DNA of 59,633 nt, filler included, from Catajapyx aquilonaris (GCA_000934665.2; 2 parts of 2 records of this genome joined end to end with filler, not necessarily neighbours in it); one strand, 5' to 3'; shown: positions 25,701 to 38,198, numbered from the whole stretch's first letter. Notes: generated by a model not told the origin, from the sequence alone. Program-made: numbers and translations.

Positions 25701-27916
25701 CCTGCTAAAAACATGTCATGGCCGGCAACCTTTCACGCATATTCAGAACTATTTGAGTGTAAAATAGTGTACGCTAACAAACTCATGTTTCCTAGGATAT
25801 CCTATCGGTACGCATCAATCTGTATTATTATCCGTTGCGTACCTTTCTTCCTGACTCGGATCCAGTGCTGAACCCAACGCTGTCTGCGGACAAGCTGCCC
25901 TTCTCCGCCTCCAAGCTGTCCCCGCAGCTGTTGTTCTCGCTGGAGTCTGTCGACGCCATTGTGGCAGTGCTGTTTGAGAGGTACTTGTGCACCCAGGCAA
26001 ATTCAGGCGGTGGTCCACGGCTTTTGGTCAGAACTGTGCAATGAAAAAACAAAACATCAAATTGTAGTTCAGAAGCGTAAGGCTTTCAATACTCACTCTC
26101 AACTGCTCGGAAAATATCTCCGACAAAATTGCTGGTGGCAAATCCGGGCGAGAGCTCAAACAGAAGCTTCAGCTTATGCGACGTAATCTTTACGTACACG
26201 TCGACTCCATCCGAGTCCGCACTGCCTGTGTCTGAAACCAGGATTGCACACAAGGTGTAATTAACGCCTTAATTAGACCGCAACTTTAATAAAGAAAATT
26301 AGTAATCCCATAACCAGAAAAAAAAAGCCATAACCAATATAATCATAACAATTACGGAAAATCCCAGAAAAAAACACAAGCAAAACTACCTTCCACCCAT
26401 TCGCAATATTCTAAAAATAAAAGTACGCAAGCTGTTCTAGTTCTGACTTTGATGACTGCCAATAAGGAAATGGCCCTTTCCCTCATTATTTTAGACGAGC
26501 TCTTCAGTAAAGCTTCGTCACCTTTTGCAACCGCAATAAATGTCACCATTAATTAATTCCCGCATTATTCCCAAAACATACATGCTACGACAACAATGAA
26601 GGCCACGTATTTAGTTGTAACAAAAAATCTGACTGTAACGCAAATGTCCGTGGCTTGCGTTTCGGCCCACAAATTATTATTTTTTGCTTCTTTACGGACC
26701 TCACGAAAAATTCAAACGCACAGCCACTTTCATGCAATAATATAGACATGAAAATAAAATGAAGGACAACTTGGGCTGGGTTAATACTTTTTTGTGGGGG
26801 AGGGAGGATCACAGTGAATCCAATTTGCCTTACCTATCTCGCACTTGAAATCGGCATCGATTGGCATGATGCGTTCCAGGGAGAGGTCAGAGAGGGAAGT
26901 GACGGGCACGGGGGAGATAATGAACACAAAGAGGGCGTACTCGTTCTGCTGCTGGACCAGGGTCAGCAGGCGGTACGTCCGCACCCAGTCCTGCACCAGG
27001 ATTGCCCTCAGCATTTACACTCACCATTAAGGAAATCTTCCATCACACACTCTCTCTCTAACATAAACACAATCCAAGGGGGTCGGCTAATGGGTCGGAC
27101 TCATTCATAACCAATGGGACAACTTATACGATACTGAGGCGGGCATTACAATGATCACTTGACGTCTCACGTAAAAACGTAACGAAATGTGAAATGAAAA
27201 TTGCCAGTCACAAAATTTTGGGACGTTACAAAATACTGTGGGGTCAAATGGGGATATTTCACATGCCTTTTGATCTTTACAAGATTTACGCTACACATGC
27301 ACACTGTTTCTCATATTTACTTGCAACACTGGCTGCATGCAATCAGTGTGGGGGAGAAAAGTGTTTTCCAGCTTAATCCAAAGCCGTTTTTTAAAGGACA
27401 GTCCTGTCGTTAATATTTTCATTACCATACGATGCGAAAAGTCACGTATACATTATGCGCAATCCTGTCGTAATTATTTTCATTACTAATACGACGTGAA
27501 AAGTATAATTTACTACCAATTGCACAGCAATAAGGAAAATAAAAAGTTTGTACTGTACCACGTCTGGCGTAACTTATTCAATATTCGTTCATAAATATCG
27601 GCTACAGTAAAAAACCTTGCTCATAATAATGTCAGCTCATCATCATGTGAAATGAATTTCCCCCCCACACTGTTTGCAATTGCGGTAACTATCTACAATG
27701 ACACAACGGAAGCGCAACAATAGCATGCGCAAACTAATACATGAAGCCGTTTAAGCATGAAAGAAAGAAAAAACTAGGGAGGGTGATAAAATAGGGGGAA
27801 AAAAAAAGGTTTGACGACAACAAACAACAACTACAAGTGCAGAAAAAGGATATTGAAACAAGGTGCTCTCCCGATGCCAACTTGCTCTGCACAATTGCCT
27901 GCTGTTCAGAAGCCAT
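22770..27916 (-). CDS. OCRL: OCRL/INPP5B type II inositol polyphosphate 5-phosphatase (exons 27916-27854, 27014-26834, 26231-26097, 26033-25843, 25609-25293, 25229-24904, 24747-24374, 24165-23889, 23825-23590, 23533-23344, 23247-23120, 23027-22770)
   Basis: PH-like N-terminus, [43 protein letters not shown] domain and RhoGAP-like C-terminus. Confidence 0.95.
23248..23343 (-). other. U12-type GT-AG intron in OCRL
   Basis: Donor GTATCCTTTTT; branch-like TGCCTTAAT about 10 nt before AAG; no polypyrimidine tract. Confidence 0.85.
27015..27853 (-). other. U12-type intron with AT-AA termini (OCRL intron 1)
   Basis: Donor ATATCCTTTTT; branch TTCCTTAAT about 13 nt from the end; the in-frame acceptor is ...GTGTAA|ATG. 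Confidence 0.75.
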
Positions 27917-28379
27917 ATTTATATATTTTTTTAAATATACTTGCTATGTGTCACACTACAATCTGGAAGAAGTTTTAACAGTTAATCAGGGCACAAACTA
28001 CATACAAGTTATGTTTTTTTAAATAAAAAAAAAACCAATCATTTATACTCTGCTGCTCTACTACAGTTATTAATTGTAATTTCAACAGGCAACTCGTTAG
28101 TAGTACATTAGTAACCAAAAAATCAGCTTGTGTCGTAAAGTGAGCAACGTGTGATAAAAAAAGATTGAGAAAATAAATAAATAAAATCAACAAGCGCAAT
28201 TCATTTGTGTGTAAAAACGCAAGTGACGTGGATCAGAGAGTCAGCTAAGCCACACATTCCTCGTAAAGTATTCATCAGGTACAACGTGGCCACCACCTGT
28301 GTTTACAGCGGCCACGCAGCTATTTTTAAGCCTTTGAAGCAACAAACACAAAAAATTTAACCCACGTAACACCATCACC

Positions 28380-28802
28380 GTGGTGCATAGCTGCCGGATA
28401 AATTATGGCAACACCGCACGCATTAAATGAGTTGCCATTAACCCATTGCCATGTATCATGAAGCCATGGTAATGTTGCCATTAAATGTTTCCATGGAACG
28501 TGCTGCCATGTTATCCCATTGCCAATGTTGACCAAAACCTGGGTGAACACACCAATTTTGCCTTCATGTTGCCATGGTCTTTATTCAGAATATCTTTTGA
28601 CTTGATTTAAAAAAAATATCAAATGATGACAGTCATCCCGACTCAACATTTCAAAGAAATTTTTTACGTAATCATAATGTTAACGAATAAAAAATACAAA
28701 ATCTTGCAACATGTTGCCATGGCATCCTGTTGTCGTGGGTGCCATGTCGACCGAACCCGGACAAACATTACGAACAACTTCGCCTTTTATATCATATGCA
28801 TA
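28380..28802 (-). repeat. Helitron-subterminal-like GTTGCCATG repeat region, related to 6025-6520
   Basis: Repeated GTTGCCATG motifs and CCCGGACAAAC...AACTTCGCCTTTTATAT. Confidence 0.45.
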
Positions 28803-28804
28803 TA

Positions 28805-29760
28805 CAGGGTGGACGGAAAGTTTCGGACCCCCCCAGGTTTTTAAACCCTACTTTTCACAGCGTCTTTTCACATCTTTTAAAAGTCCACAAGCAGTTCTAA
28901 TGTACACTATCTTTTGAAGCATAATCTCGAGAACATCTGAGCACCTTCGCTCTCGCAATTCCATTAATAACTTCGCCTCTGTGACTCATCTAAACATCCT
29001 ATCTGTTTTGCGTTTGTTTTGCTTGTTGCCTTGGAGGACCCCTGGTCATATTCTGCGTCAGATAAGGCTTTTATGACCCTTTTCCATGAGTTATCCTTCA
29101 TGCAAATGTTGTGAACTCACTCCTGACCTTATTTTTCGCATTGGTCCATAACCTGGTCCAATAAAAATTTGAAAAGGAATGCATGAAATGGCGGACCCGG
29201 ATGCGTTACTTTCTAATTGGTACCATCACATTTGTCTCCATTTTCACTTTAAAATAAATTTTTGGTGCGAAAGGACGTGAACGAAAGGATGTGTCATGTT
29301 GATTAATTTACCAAGGCAGGACTGTTGACTGTCCTTTCCCACTAAAAATTATTTTAAAGTAAAAATGGAGACAAATGTGATGGTACCAATTCGAAAGTAA
29401 TGCATCCGGGTCCGCCATTTCATGGATTCCTTTTCAAATTTTTATTGGACCAGGTTATGGACCAATGCGAAAAATAAGGTCAGGAGTGAGTTCACAACAT
29501 TTGCATGAAGGGGAACTCATGGAAAAGGGTCATAAAAACCTTATCTGACGCAGAATATGACCAGGGGTCCTCCAAGGCAACAAGCAAAACAAACGCAAAA
29601 CAGATAGGATGTTTAGATGAGTGACAGAGGCGAAGTTATTAATGGAATTGCGAGAGCGAAGGTGCTCAGATGTTCTCGAGATTATGCTTCAAAAGATAGT
29701 GTACATTAGAATTGCTTGTGGACTTTCAAAAGATGTGAAAAGACGCTGTGAAAAGTAGGG
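28805..29760. mobile_element. Large foldback element with Tc1/mariner-type terminus, truncated by an assembly gap
   Basis: TA-CAGGGTG start; near-perfect inverted arms of about 430 bp at 28846-29276 and 29331-29760. Confidence 0.85.
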
Positions 29761-29860
29761 NNNNNNNNNNNNNNNNNNNNNNNNNNNNNNNNNNNNNNNN
29801 NNNNTTAATTAATTAANNNNNNNNNNNNNNNNNNNNNNNNNNNNNNNNNNNNNNNNNNNN
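29761..29860. other. Assembly gap spacer (N44-TTAATTAATTAA-N44)
   Basis: 100-nt N run with a central six-frame stop linker. Confidence 0.95.
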
Positions 29861-30835
29861 CCAATTGCAAGAGTTGCACCAATATGACTAGGTGAGGCTA
29901 TACGGCGGCCATTTTGATCGCCATGTTTAATATCTCATTCTATGGACTTCCGACAACTATTTAGAGCCTTTCATTGAATCCAGCATCCATACAAACATAT
30001 AATTAGACACCTAACTTTCATATATTCAGGTAATGAAGGAAATATAAATTTTAAGGCGGCCATTTTTGGAAACATGACCGCCATTTTGTTTTGGGGATAG
30101 GTATCAGGTGGCTCCCCTTCCTAAACGTTGACAATAGGTGTGGACATGATGTATGCCAAGTTTGGTGTTCTCCGCATGAAGTGCAGTTTTTTTTCCCTTA
30201 CTCGCCCAACTAAATGGGAAAAGGGGGCATTGGTGCACACATACTACAAAAAATCCTAGAAGTCCATAAAACAAATCCATGGCAATGGGAACAGTTTAAC
30301 ATGTACTGCAGGGTGCCATACACAACAAACCAAATATTTTTTGTTTATGTAGCCTACATACTGTACCCACATTGCATTCCATGTCATGCTAGAACGCTAA
30401 CTTCTCTTAGCTTTTCCTCATGTTGACAAGCTGTTATGAGGCATGTACAGGGTAATTAATATAATTCTTGTTGAGCCAATTTATTAATTTATTTTAAGGT
30501 ATCTTCATAAATGAATCGCAAATTTGAAAAAGGGCGGGTATGTCACAGTTTCAGGAAGCAGGAAAAACTATCTACCCCAGAACCCAGAAAGGTGGAATTT
30601 TGCTGAGAAGACAACATAATCATCCCAAAGAGATCAGTGGGAATTTTATTGATGTAACGCAATTACAGTCGCAAAAGGGGGGGAAAATAAAACTGACGAC
30701 CCCTTTATTACAACTTTTCTGAAAATATACACCAAAAAATAACATAAACACGATATTTTGCAGCACAGTTATGTACTTTTATTCTACTGTATTACACTTC
30801 ATTATAAATTACCCTCCTTCATCTACTTTTCCTTC

Positions 30836-31335
30836 CCCCACACACAGTCGAGTGGAGTGAGGTCAGGCGAATGAAAGGACCTGGGTACAGCACGGGCCCA
30901 CCAAGCCCAATCCACCTGTCACCAAAGATCTTCTGGAGGTAGTCTCAGATAATAACTGAACCGAAATGTGCTGGCGTCTCGTCCTGCTGAAACAGCCTCT
31001 TCCTTAGTATTTCCACTTATCTCCAGCAGATACGCGGTAACGTGTGCTCCAGGCACTGTATAGCCCTGATTTCGATACTCAATTCGCAATATTTAACTGT
31101 GGCCAGTTAATGATACCGGTAAATCAGTTTATTCTGAGAAAACCACATCTACGAAGGTCTGGCAAGCAGCCGAACACTGATTTACTCTCACACATCGGGG
31201 AATCGCAGGACAATGAGATCATTCCAGGAAGCAATAAAAGAGAATCATTTCGATAAAATTCCAGACTAGGAAACGACGCGACGTCTAGACGAGTTACCCA
31301 TTTCCTCCTCAGATTCAAGGTCAGATGGGCCAACT
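30836..31335 (-). pseudogene. Decayed Tc1/mariner transposase relic
   Basis: Minus-strand fragments LFQQDETPAHF, DYLQKIFGDRWIGLGGP and PDLTPLD..WG, broken by frameshifts. Confidence 0.75.
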
Positions 31336-31557
31336 AGTCTCTTCAGTTGTTTTAGAAATGCACATTGCCTCTTGCAGAAAAATCTAAACAGCGTATCATA
31401 CACCTGTTGTTAAATATACGGTACTCTCTCAAGATTTTCGAGTGAAAATTTCAGTGGAACAAATAGCACTCTCGTAAAATACCGTACTATTTTTGAGTGG
31501 ATTCCGATTGAACTTCACAAATCCTCAGTTAAAATCGATTCGAGTAAAAATTACTTA

Positions 31558-31686
31558 TGGCCGGTTTCACCAAGCCCGGTTTTCATAAAAACCCCGGTTC
31601 TTTCGGAAAATCCCTGCAAATAGAATAGGGATTTTCCGAAAGAACCGGTTTAAAAAAATGAAAACCAGGCTTGGTGAAACCGGCCA
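31558..31686. mobile_element. PIF/Harbinger MITE, copy 2 (opposite orientation to 4804)
   Basis: Same TIR family, TTA on both flanks, central CTGCAAATAGAATAG inverted relative to copy 1. Confidence 0.85.
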
Positions 31687-32095
31687 TTAAAGGATGTAGG
31701 CTAAACGAGAGTTTGACTAGGCCTACTCTTTCAGTTGGTGAAACTCATTCCACTGAACTTGAGGGTTTTATTTAAAAACTCGGACTTCAACTACTGAACC
31801 CTGTGAGTGCGCGGGAAAAATACTTGATGTCCGTTCGTTCAAAATGAAAGGATTATGGACGCAATCGTAGGGGATTCCCCTCGAAGATCGCGTACATGCG
31901 TCCATTGGCAGAGAGGGTGTGGTCCTGGCCGTTGGGGAGGAGGCATGGTAAGGAGAAGATGGGGAGGAGGACGGGCGGCGGAAAGGGGGGGGGGGGCTCA
32001 TGAAATCATCACATTCTGTGCAACTATTGTCCTGTGCATGACAAAAGAGGGCTTGGTTGTCGCCGGTTGTGTGCCACGTTGCTGGATCTCGCAAG

Positions 32096-35000
32096 ATGGA
32101 ACTTCAGGTGAGCAACAATTCCGCCAAAGTGCTGGTCAGAGCGAGATAAGGAAGTTTTGGAGGCAAAGTTGGACAGTCTAGTTTGTGTTCCAGTAGTGAT
32201 GCAGTAAAACCTGTCTGTGTTGGACAATTTATTGAGAACCTTAAGATGTCCAACATACACTGTAGCCTACTCTATCTTATAGACTTCATACCAATAAGAG
32301 CTAATGATCATACAGTGCAGTCATGTACTTTAGGGTAGAGATTCCAAGATATAGAGGGAATATGTCCAACTATTAGCAACCATTTGAGACAGTACAGGGA
32401 GGCTTTTAGACTGTTCCAAAATATGTCCAACATAGGGAGGTGTCTAATATAACATATCAGGGTTCTATCTTCGCAGTTTTACTCTATTGATACTTTTCCA
32501 CTGTGTTTGACCCCAGATAATTAAAAAGAGCTGCTACTAGCTAATACACAGCATATTAAAATATTGCACGAGAAGTCCATCATAAAATCAGACAAATTAT
32601 TACAGCATGAAAATATGGATTTCCCTGTGTGTCAAGGTGTCATTATTTTTTGTTTCTGCTGCCTTGTTATCAAGTCGAGATAATTTACATTAATCACAGA
32701 ATGCACTGTGACACTCATTATAATTATATGTAACAGGTTCAGTCTGCAACATTATTTCCATCATCTCAGTGATTGCCAGATAACCTACTCTAATAATGAG
32801 CATCATGAGTGAATAAAAACTGCATTGTAGCACCTGTGCAATATTGGTGCACCATAATTTTTTGCTTTTCCAATCTAGGCTTCTAGCCTCATGGTTGGGT
32901 TCATAGGCCTAGGCTCTATGGGCTCGGGCATGGTGAAAAGTCTTCTGAGATCAGGCCACAATGTGGTGATTTGGGATGACTGCTCACCAAATAAGTACCA
33001 GGCCTTGGTGGAGGCTGGGGTGGAGGTGGGACAGACCCCTTCAGATGTTGTTCTAGCATCAGATGTGACCTTCACTTGCCTAGAAGATCCTGGCATAGCT
33101 ATGGAAGTAGTGCTTGGAACTGGAGGTGTTCTACAGGAGCTTACTGGGGCCAAAGGATACATTCAACTGACAGACCTGGAGCCACATGACAGCCGAATGA
33201 TAGCACAGGCGATTAGGGACAATGGAGGAAGGTACCTTGAGGCTCCATTCCAAGGAAGAAGGGCCCAGGCTGATGAGGGAACTCTCGTTTTTCTTGCTGC
33301 AGGAGATAGGTCATTGTATAATGACTGTCGGACCTGTTTTCAGGCAAGGTTGCTTTTATTGTCCTTTGAAAAATGTAGGCATTATATTATTGCTCATGTA
33401 TAAGGGTGAGTCAAATGAAAGTGAGCCAAGACCATTATGTTGGAAAGTATTGCTTCTATGTCAAAAACAGTCACCACCAGCATTGAGGCATGTGCCTCAC
33501 CAAGCTCGTTATCAGTAGGGGAAATGCTTCAAAATTGGTGGTGACTTTTTGATATAAGGTACTACTTTCGGACATCATCACATGGGCTCACTTCCATTTG
33601 ACTTGACCTTATATGACTGTATTGATATTTATTTTGGTAAATATCATGATTGACAAAATGACAATCAGAAGAGACGAGCAAGGAGGCCTAGACCAGTGGG
33701 GAGCATCTGAGCAAAACATCACCTGTCTTCTCACAATGAAAATGTGATTTAAGCTCAACCACTTTCTCTGCATTTAAATGACAACAATATTGGGCGACAC
33801 GGTGGCCGAGTGGTTAGTGCCGCAGCCTTCCACCTCTAAGGTCCCAAGTTCGATTCCCGGGTCGGATGGAGGATAATGTGGATAGAGTTTCGATGGGTTC
33901 TCCCGTTTCCTCCTACAATCAAAATCCATCACAATAATGCAGGAAATGATTAAAGTCAGTTAAATAAAGATGATCCCCTAAGAGGCCCAAGGAGGCCTGT
34001 CATGGGGTATCCATTGTCATTATTATTATCATTATTATTATAATGACAACAATACTGTTGACTTAGGAAATTACATTTCAGGGGTGTGAATAAGGATGTG
34101 CAGGACATAGGCATTCCCAATCTTTCAGAAATAGGAACCGTATTAATAATAATAATTAACAGTTATTAATAAATATGTACATAAGCAAATAACTACCATA
34201 TTACCTCTCATAAAGCGGCATGCCTGTATAAAAAGAGGTCAACCAGCATGCCGATATGACCTGGGGGTGGCCAGCATGCGGCAATAACCAAGGTATATTT
34301 CCAAAATTGATCCTTGCCAAATTTTTTGGAATGCTTCTGATCCCGTACTAAAATAATGTTACAATGAAAATGTGCGAGTGTACTGTACAGGCTGTGAGAA
34401 TACGCAAGTTCTGTTGCACAGTGCATATAAAAAATGTAGAGAGTGTGACCAATCCCATCGTCAGCCTGCTTTGACAGCCCTGTCAAAGCAGGCTGACGAT
34501 GGGGACCACCTGATCCAACATACTGTTTAAATAGATATTATTATTGCCAGACACTGCAATTGAAAACAATATATGGTACGGGTACCATATTCGGAAAATG
34601 TGTCTTTTCGATAGCCTTTACGTGAATTTCGATTTTCAGGCAAATGTCAAGTTCAGAAAGGATAATCGATAATGTAAAGTTACATTATCGATTATCCTTT
34701 CTGAACTTGACATTTGCCTGAAAATATCTTATATGTGAAAACCTCGCCTTATGCCTACATACCTAGCCTTATACCGGCATGCCGGTATAGCCACCAGATC
34801 ATGCATTTCTAGAAACTGGTCGACCTCGACTACACCGGCATGCCTCTTTGTGAGAGGTAATACGGTAGCTTCATTTAATTCTTGGGATATATTTTATCCC
34901 TATTTACATGCTGACCCTTGCATATCGTCCACCTTGAGGTGTGCTACTCCGTGCTATGTATTAACTAAGGAACGGATTTTTAGGTTCTAAAAAACCTTCA

Positions 35001-35972
35001 AATAGGTAGGCATTTAGGCCCTAAAACAGTCAAAATAGGCTCTTCATAGGCATTAAAAATCAAGTAGGTGCCAATTTATTTTAATTTCTACACAATATTA
35101 CAGCCTATTTCTGGCCATGGAATTTTGCAGCACAGTAACATACTAGCAGTTATTTCATATTTTCGTTGGTTAATCGCAGTTTCACGATGATGCCTGTCTA
35201 ACAATACATTTCTATATGCTGAAAATGACCTCACACTTTTGATGTCACACAAAGCAACTGGACCATACTTAAAAAATGAAGTGTCTTCCACCACCAGGTC
35301 ATCCGGCATGCCTACAGCTTCTTCGCCCTTCACAGATGGAAGTGGGAGTGATTCCTTGAATGGAAAACCCGCAGAACTCTCGTAAATCTGACAAAACGGC
35401 GTCAAAAAGGCGGTTCCCAAATAGGCAATTTTAGGTTCTATAAAACTACGATTTTTGAGGTCCTTGTCTTATGAAATAGATAGATATTTTGGTTCTGGTG
35501 TCCTGCCTACAAAATAAAAAGTAGGTAAAAACCTAGAAATCTGTTCTCTAGTAATGACTATACAAATATTTGGTCAGATGCTCCCAAGTTATTAAAGTTG
35601 TCTGACTACTGTATCTGGAAATTTTGTAATGGGAATCCAGTGTTTAAATACATATACAGCATAAGCAAGACAACCCCATATCTTTTCTCCTTCTAGGCCA
35701 TGGGCAATCTCTCCCGGTACGTTGGTGAGGTAGGAGTCGCCATCCAGGTGTTCAACATTTTCCAGCAGCAGGCTGAGGCTGAGGTGTCTGCATTTATTCA
35801 TAGTCTGAGACTTTCTGAGGCTCTGGGTCTATCTTTGGAGGATTATTTGCAGTTTTTGGAAAGCATGAATAATATCCTGACCATTCCCTTTGATCGGGAG
35901 ATGATAAGAATTGTGGTTGATGGAGACATCTCTGCCCGATCCCTCCCGCACCTCCTGCGGAGAAACATGTGA
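32096..35972 (+). CDS. GLYR1/NPAC-like beta-hydroxyacid dehydrogenase-fold protein lacking PWWP (exons 32096-32107 putative, 32879-33343, 35697-35972)
   Basis: GFIGLGSMGSGM Rossmann motif, GGRYLEAP, LAAGDRSLY.DC..CFQ|AMG...VGEVG as in GLYR1. The first exon (MELQ|gtgagc) is inferred. Confidence 0.75.
33401..33611. mobile_element. Mariner-type MITE
   Basis: Imperfect TIRs AGGGTGAGTCAAATGAAAGTGAGCC / GGCTCACTTCCATTTGACTTGACCTT, flanked by TA. Confidence 0.65.
33790..34041 (+). mobile_element. tRNA-derived SINE family 1, copy a
   Basis: A box TGGCCGAGTGG, B box GTTCGATTCC, (ATT)n tail, 13-bp TSD AATGACAACAATA. Confidence 0.9.
34196..34865. mobile_element. pogo/Tigger-like non-autonomous element containing two perfect internal palindromes
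   Basis: TIRs CC(A/G)TATTACCTCTCA..AAAG..GGCATGCC with TA flanks. Confidence 0.65.
34966..35550 (-). mobile_element. hAT-like relic with transposase C-terminal fragment
   Basis: Imperfect TIRs TAAGGAACGGATTTTTAGG / CCTAGAAATCTGTTCTCTA; degenerate 8-bp TSD (GTATTAAC/GTAATGAC); peptide FKYGPVALCD...RSFSAYRNVLLDR. Confidence 0.7.
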
Positions 35973-36643
35973 AAGTAGCACTTAACTCACAAATTGTGTT
36001 GACAGCAGTGCAGGCAACAAAATGTCACAGTGTACACTTTAATTCTAGTATGATCAAGTTTCTCTCGGCACATAGGCTACTAATCAGATGTGCCTGGGCC
36101 TGTAATAATCTATTATACTAATATTGCATGTACTGAGTCCTATAATTCAAAGCATTTAGGCCTAAGGGCCTTCAGCATCCATTTTGAATACTATGTCAGC
36201 AGTGGGACATAGCCTCAGAGATCAAGAATTTGTGTTAAGTCAGACTTCATGTACTATACTGACTTCAGGGTTTGGAACCCTTTGAAAACCTTTCCAGCTA
36301 ACTGTAAGTCTATGCAAGACAAATATATGAGGGCTGTTCCAAAATGATTTACAATTTACTTTTTTGCCAAAAATACAGGGACAATGCAAGTCGGCAAATA
36401 GGCACACACTATCAACAGAACCCTCCGGAGCCGAATGCACAGGAGGCATGGGTGTGGCAACCTCTCCAGGCCCCCCAGGAACCACTTTTTGGAGGTGCGA
36501 CGCACCTACTACCAGACAATTGCTCAGTCAGCAACTATCAACAACGTTTTTAAAATGGAAGTCGGCGAAGGATTTTTCCATGGATCTTGCTTTGAGTGCT
36601 TTCACACCCCCCATACTCCCCTGCCCTGGCCTCCAGTGACTTT

Positions 36644-36901
36644 GTTTGTTTGTTGTTTTGGTGGTGGGGGGGGGNGAGGTTCCCAAGTTCTTAAGTAATC
36701 ATTTATGACCCTCTTAAATATACCAGAGCTTTTCTCTTGGCCATGGGCAGAGAAGGGAGTGCAATTCTGCCGGGACATGTCTGGTGTAAGGGGAAAAAGA
36801 CCAGAGCAAGCAAAGGTGACTGCCTGACCGGGACGGGATTTGAACCCCGGACCTCCCGCTTGGCTGGCCAGTAGAATAGCCACTAGACCACCATGCCCCC
36901 C
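36644..36901 (-). mobile_element. tRNA-derived SINE family 2
   Basis: Minus-strand head GGTGGTCTAGTGG...GGTTCAAATCC, (CAAA)n-like tail, 15-bp TSD GCCTCCAGTGACTTT. Confidence 0.85.
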
Positions 36902-38198
36902 GCCTCCAGTGACTTTCATCTGTTCGAATATATTTTAAAAGTCCCTTCGCCGATGCCATTTTGAGGACATTGTTGACTGTGAAGAGTTGTCTGGGAGTCG
37001 GTGCGCTGCACCACCAAAAAGGGGTTCCTGGAGAGGTTGACCAGTGCCAGTGAATTCTGCCCCACGAGGATTCTATCTATAATGTATGCCGATTTTTCTA
37101 CCTGCATGGGTGTTGTGTCTGTGGCAAAAAAAAAAAAAAAAATTAAATCATTTTGGTACTGCCCTCGTACTAGTGAAGTCCAAAATTACTATTTGCACAG
37201 AAAAGCCATGATGTTTCTGTTTGTTAATTTTTTGTGATCTTAATGCCCAGTTTCATGATTGATGGTCAATCCAGAGCTAACCGAAATTTTTAGTTCCGTT
37301 AACTTCCGCTAACAGCTAATTCGGTTAGCAAACCGGGGGCGGCGGAAATTGCTAATGATGAACAGCTAGAACGATTAGGGGGATTTCTACTCACCTTTCG
37401 AGCTGTTTAGCATTAGCAATGTCCATGGTTTTACTGAGCAAGTTAGCTGTTATTGAAAGTTAGTAAATCCAGAACATTTGGCTGATGAGTATTATTCATG
37501 TAGGACTTGATTTGATAGTGATTATGCAACCAGCCCTTACAGGCATTATCATATCCAAAATGTTGGAGGCAATTCATGTTGTAATCTCCAACAAGTTATA
37601 GAAAATATTAAATATGTATGTGCTCCAATAGCCAATATCTACACTGTATGTGTTTGACCAGAAACATCATTGATTTTCTAGTGACCTGGTATATGACATT
37701 TTTCCATACATATATGAGGCATATTGTTGCAGAAATCTGCACTCTTACTTCCTTATCAATAATTTCCTGGAAAAGGATGAATTATTAAAAACATCAATGA
37801 GAAGAAAGTTATAAGTTGCAATATGTTTTAATAAATAGGGAAAACAAGGCATGGGCAAACTTGTCCTGAAACTGCTTTCACTCAAAGGAATTTAATAAGA
37901 AATATCTGAGAAAGAAGTATAGATAGCCGAAACTGAAATCAGAGAAATCATTATTTTGACCAGTACATTTCTTAGTGTATTCACTAGTGAGATTTTCTAG
38001 AGTTTTCTTAGTATTTTAGCTTAGGGTTGAGGTCAAAGGATCACATTCATATCTCTCCCTCTCTCCTCTCCTCCTCTTCTCCACTCCCCCTGTCTCTACC
38101 ACTGAGAGATAACCCAATCGCATTTTGTTACAAGAATGTCTTAGTCTTAGAGATCAGATCAAGCTGCAAACACACATTGCCAGTGTTTTGCTACCAAC

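Noticed and set aside
29805..29816. TTAATTAATTAA island within Ns
   Set aside because: It is centred in a symmetric 100-nt gap and is an artificial six-frame stop linker, not biological sequence.
29880..30212. GCGGCCATTTTG-rich repeat-like block next to the gap
   Set aside because: It looks like a transposon end, but no termini or TSD could be defined, so it was left unclassified.
31855..32181. 108-aa Gly/Arg-rich ORF upstream of the GLYR1-like exon
   Set aside because: No recognisable homology, and its frame is phase 1 at the 32107 donor, which does not fit the phase-0 acceptor; more likely promoter or 5' UTR.
33790..33875. tRNA-like sequences (also at 36830-36900, 40540-40605, 52827-52900, 59101-59175)
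   Set aside because: They have A/B boxes but are attached to SINE bodies, tails and TSDs, so they are not tRNA genes.
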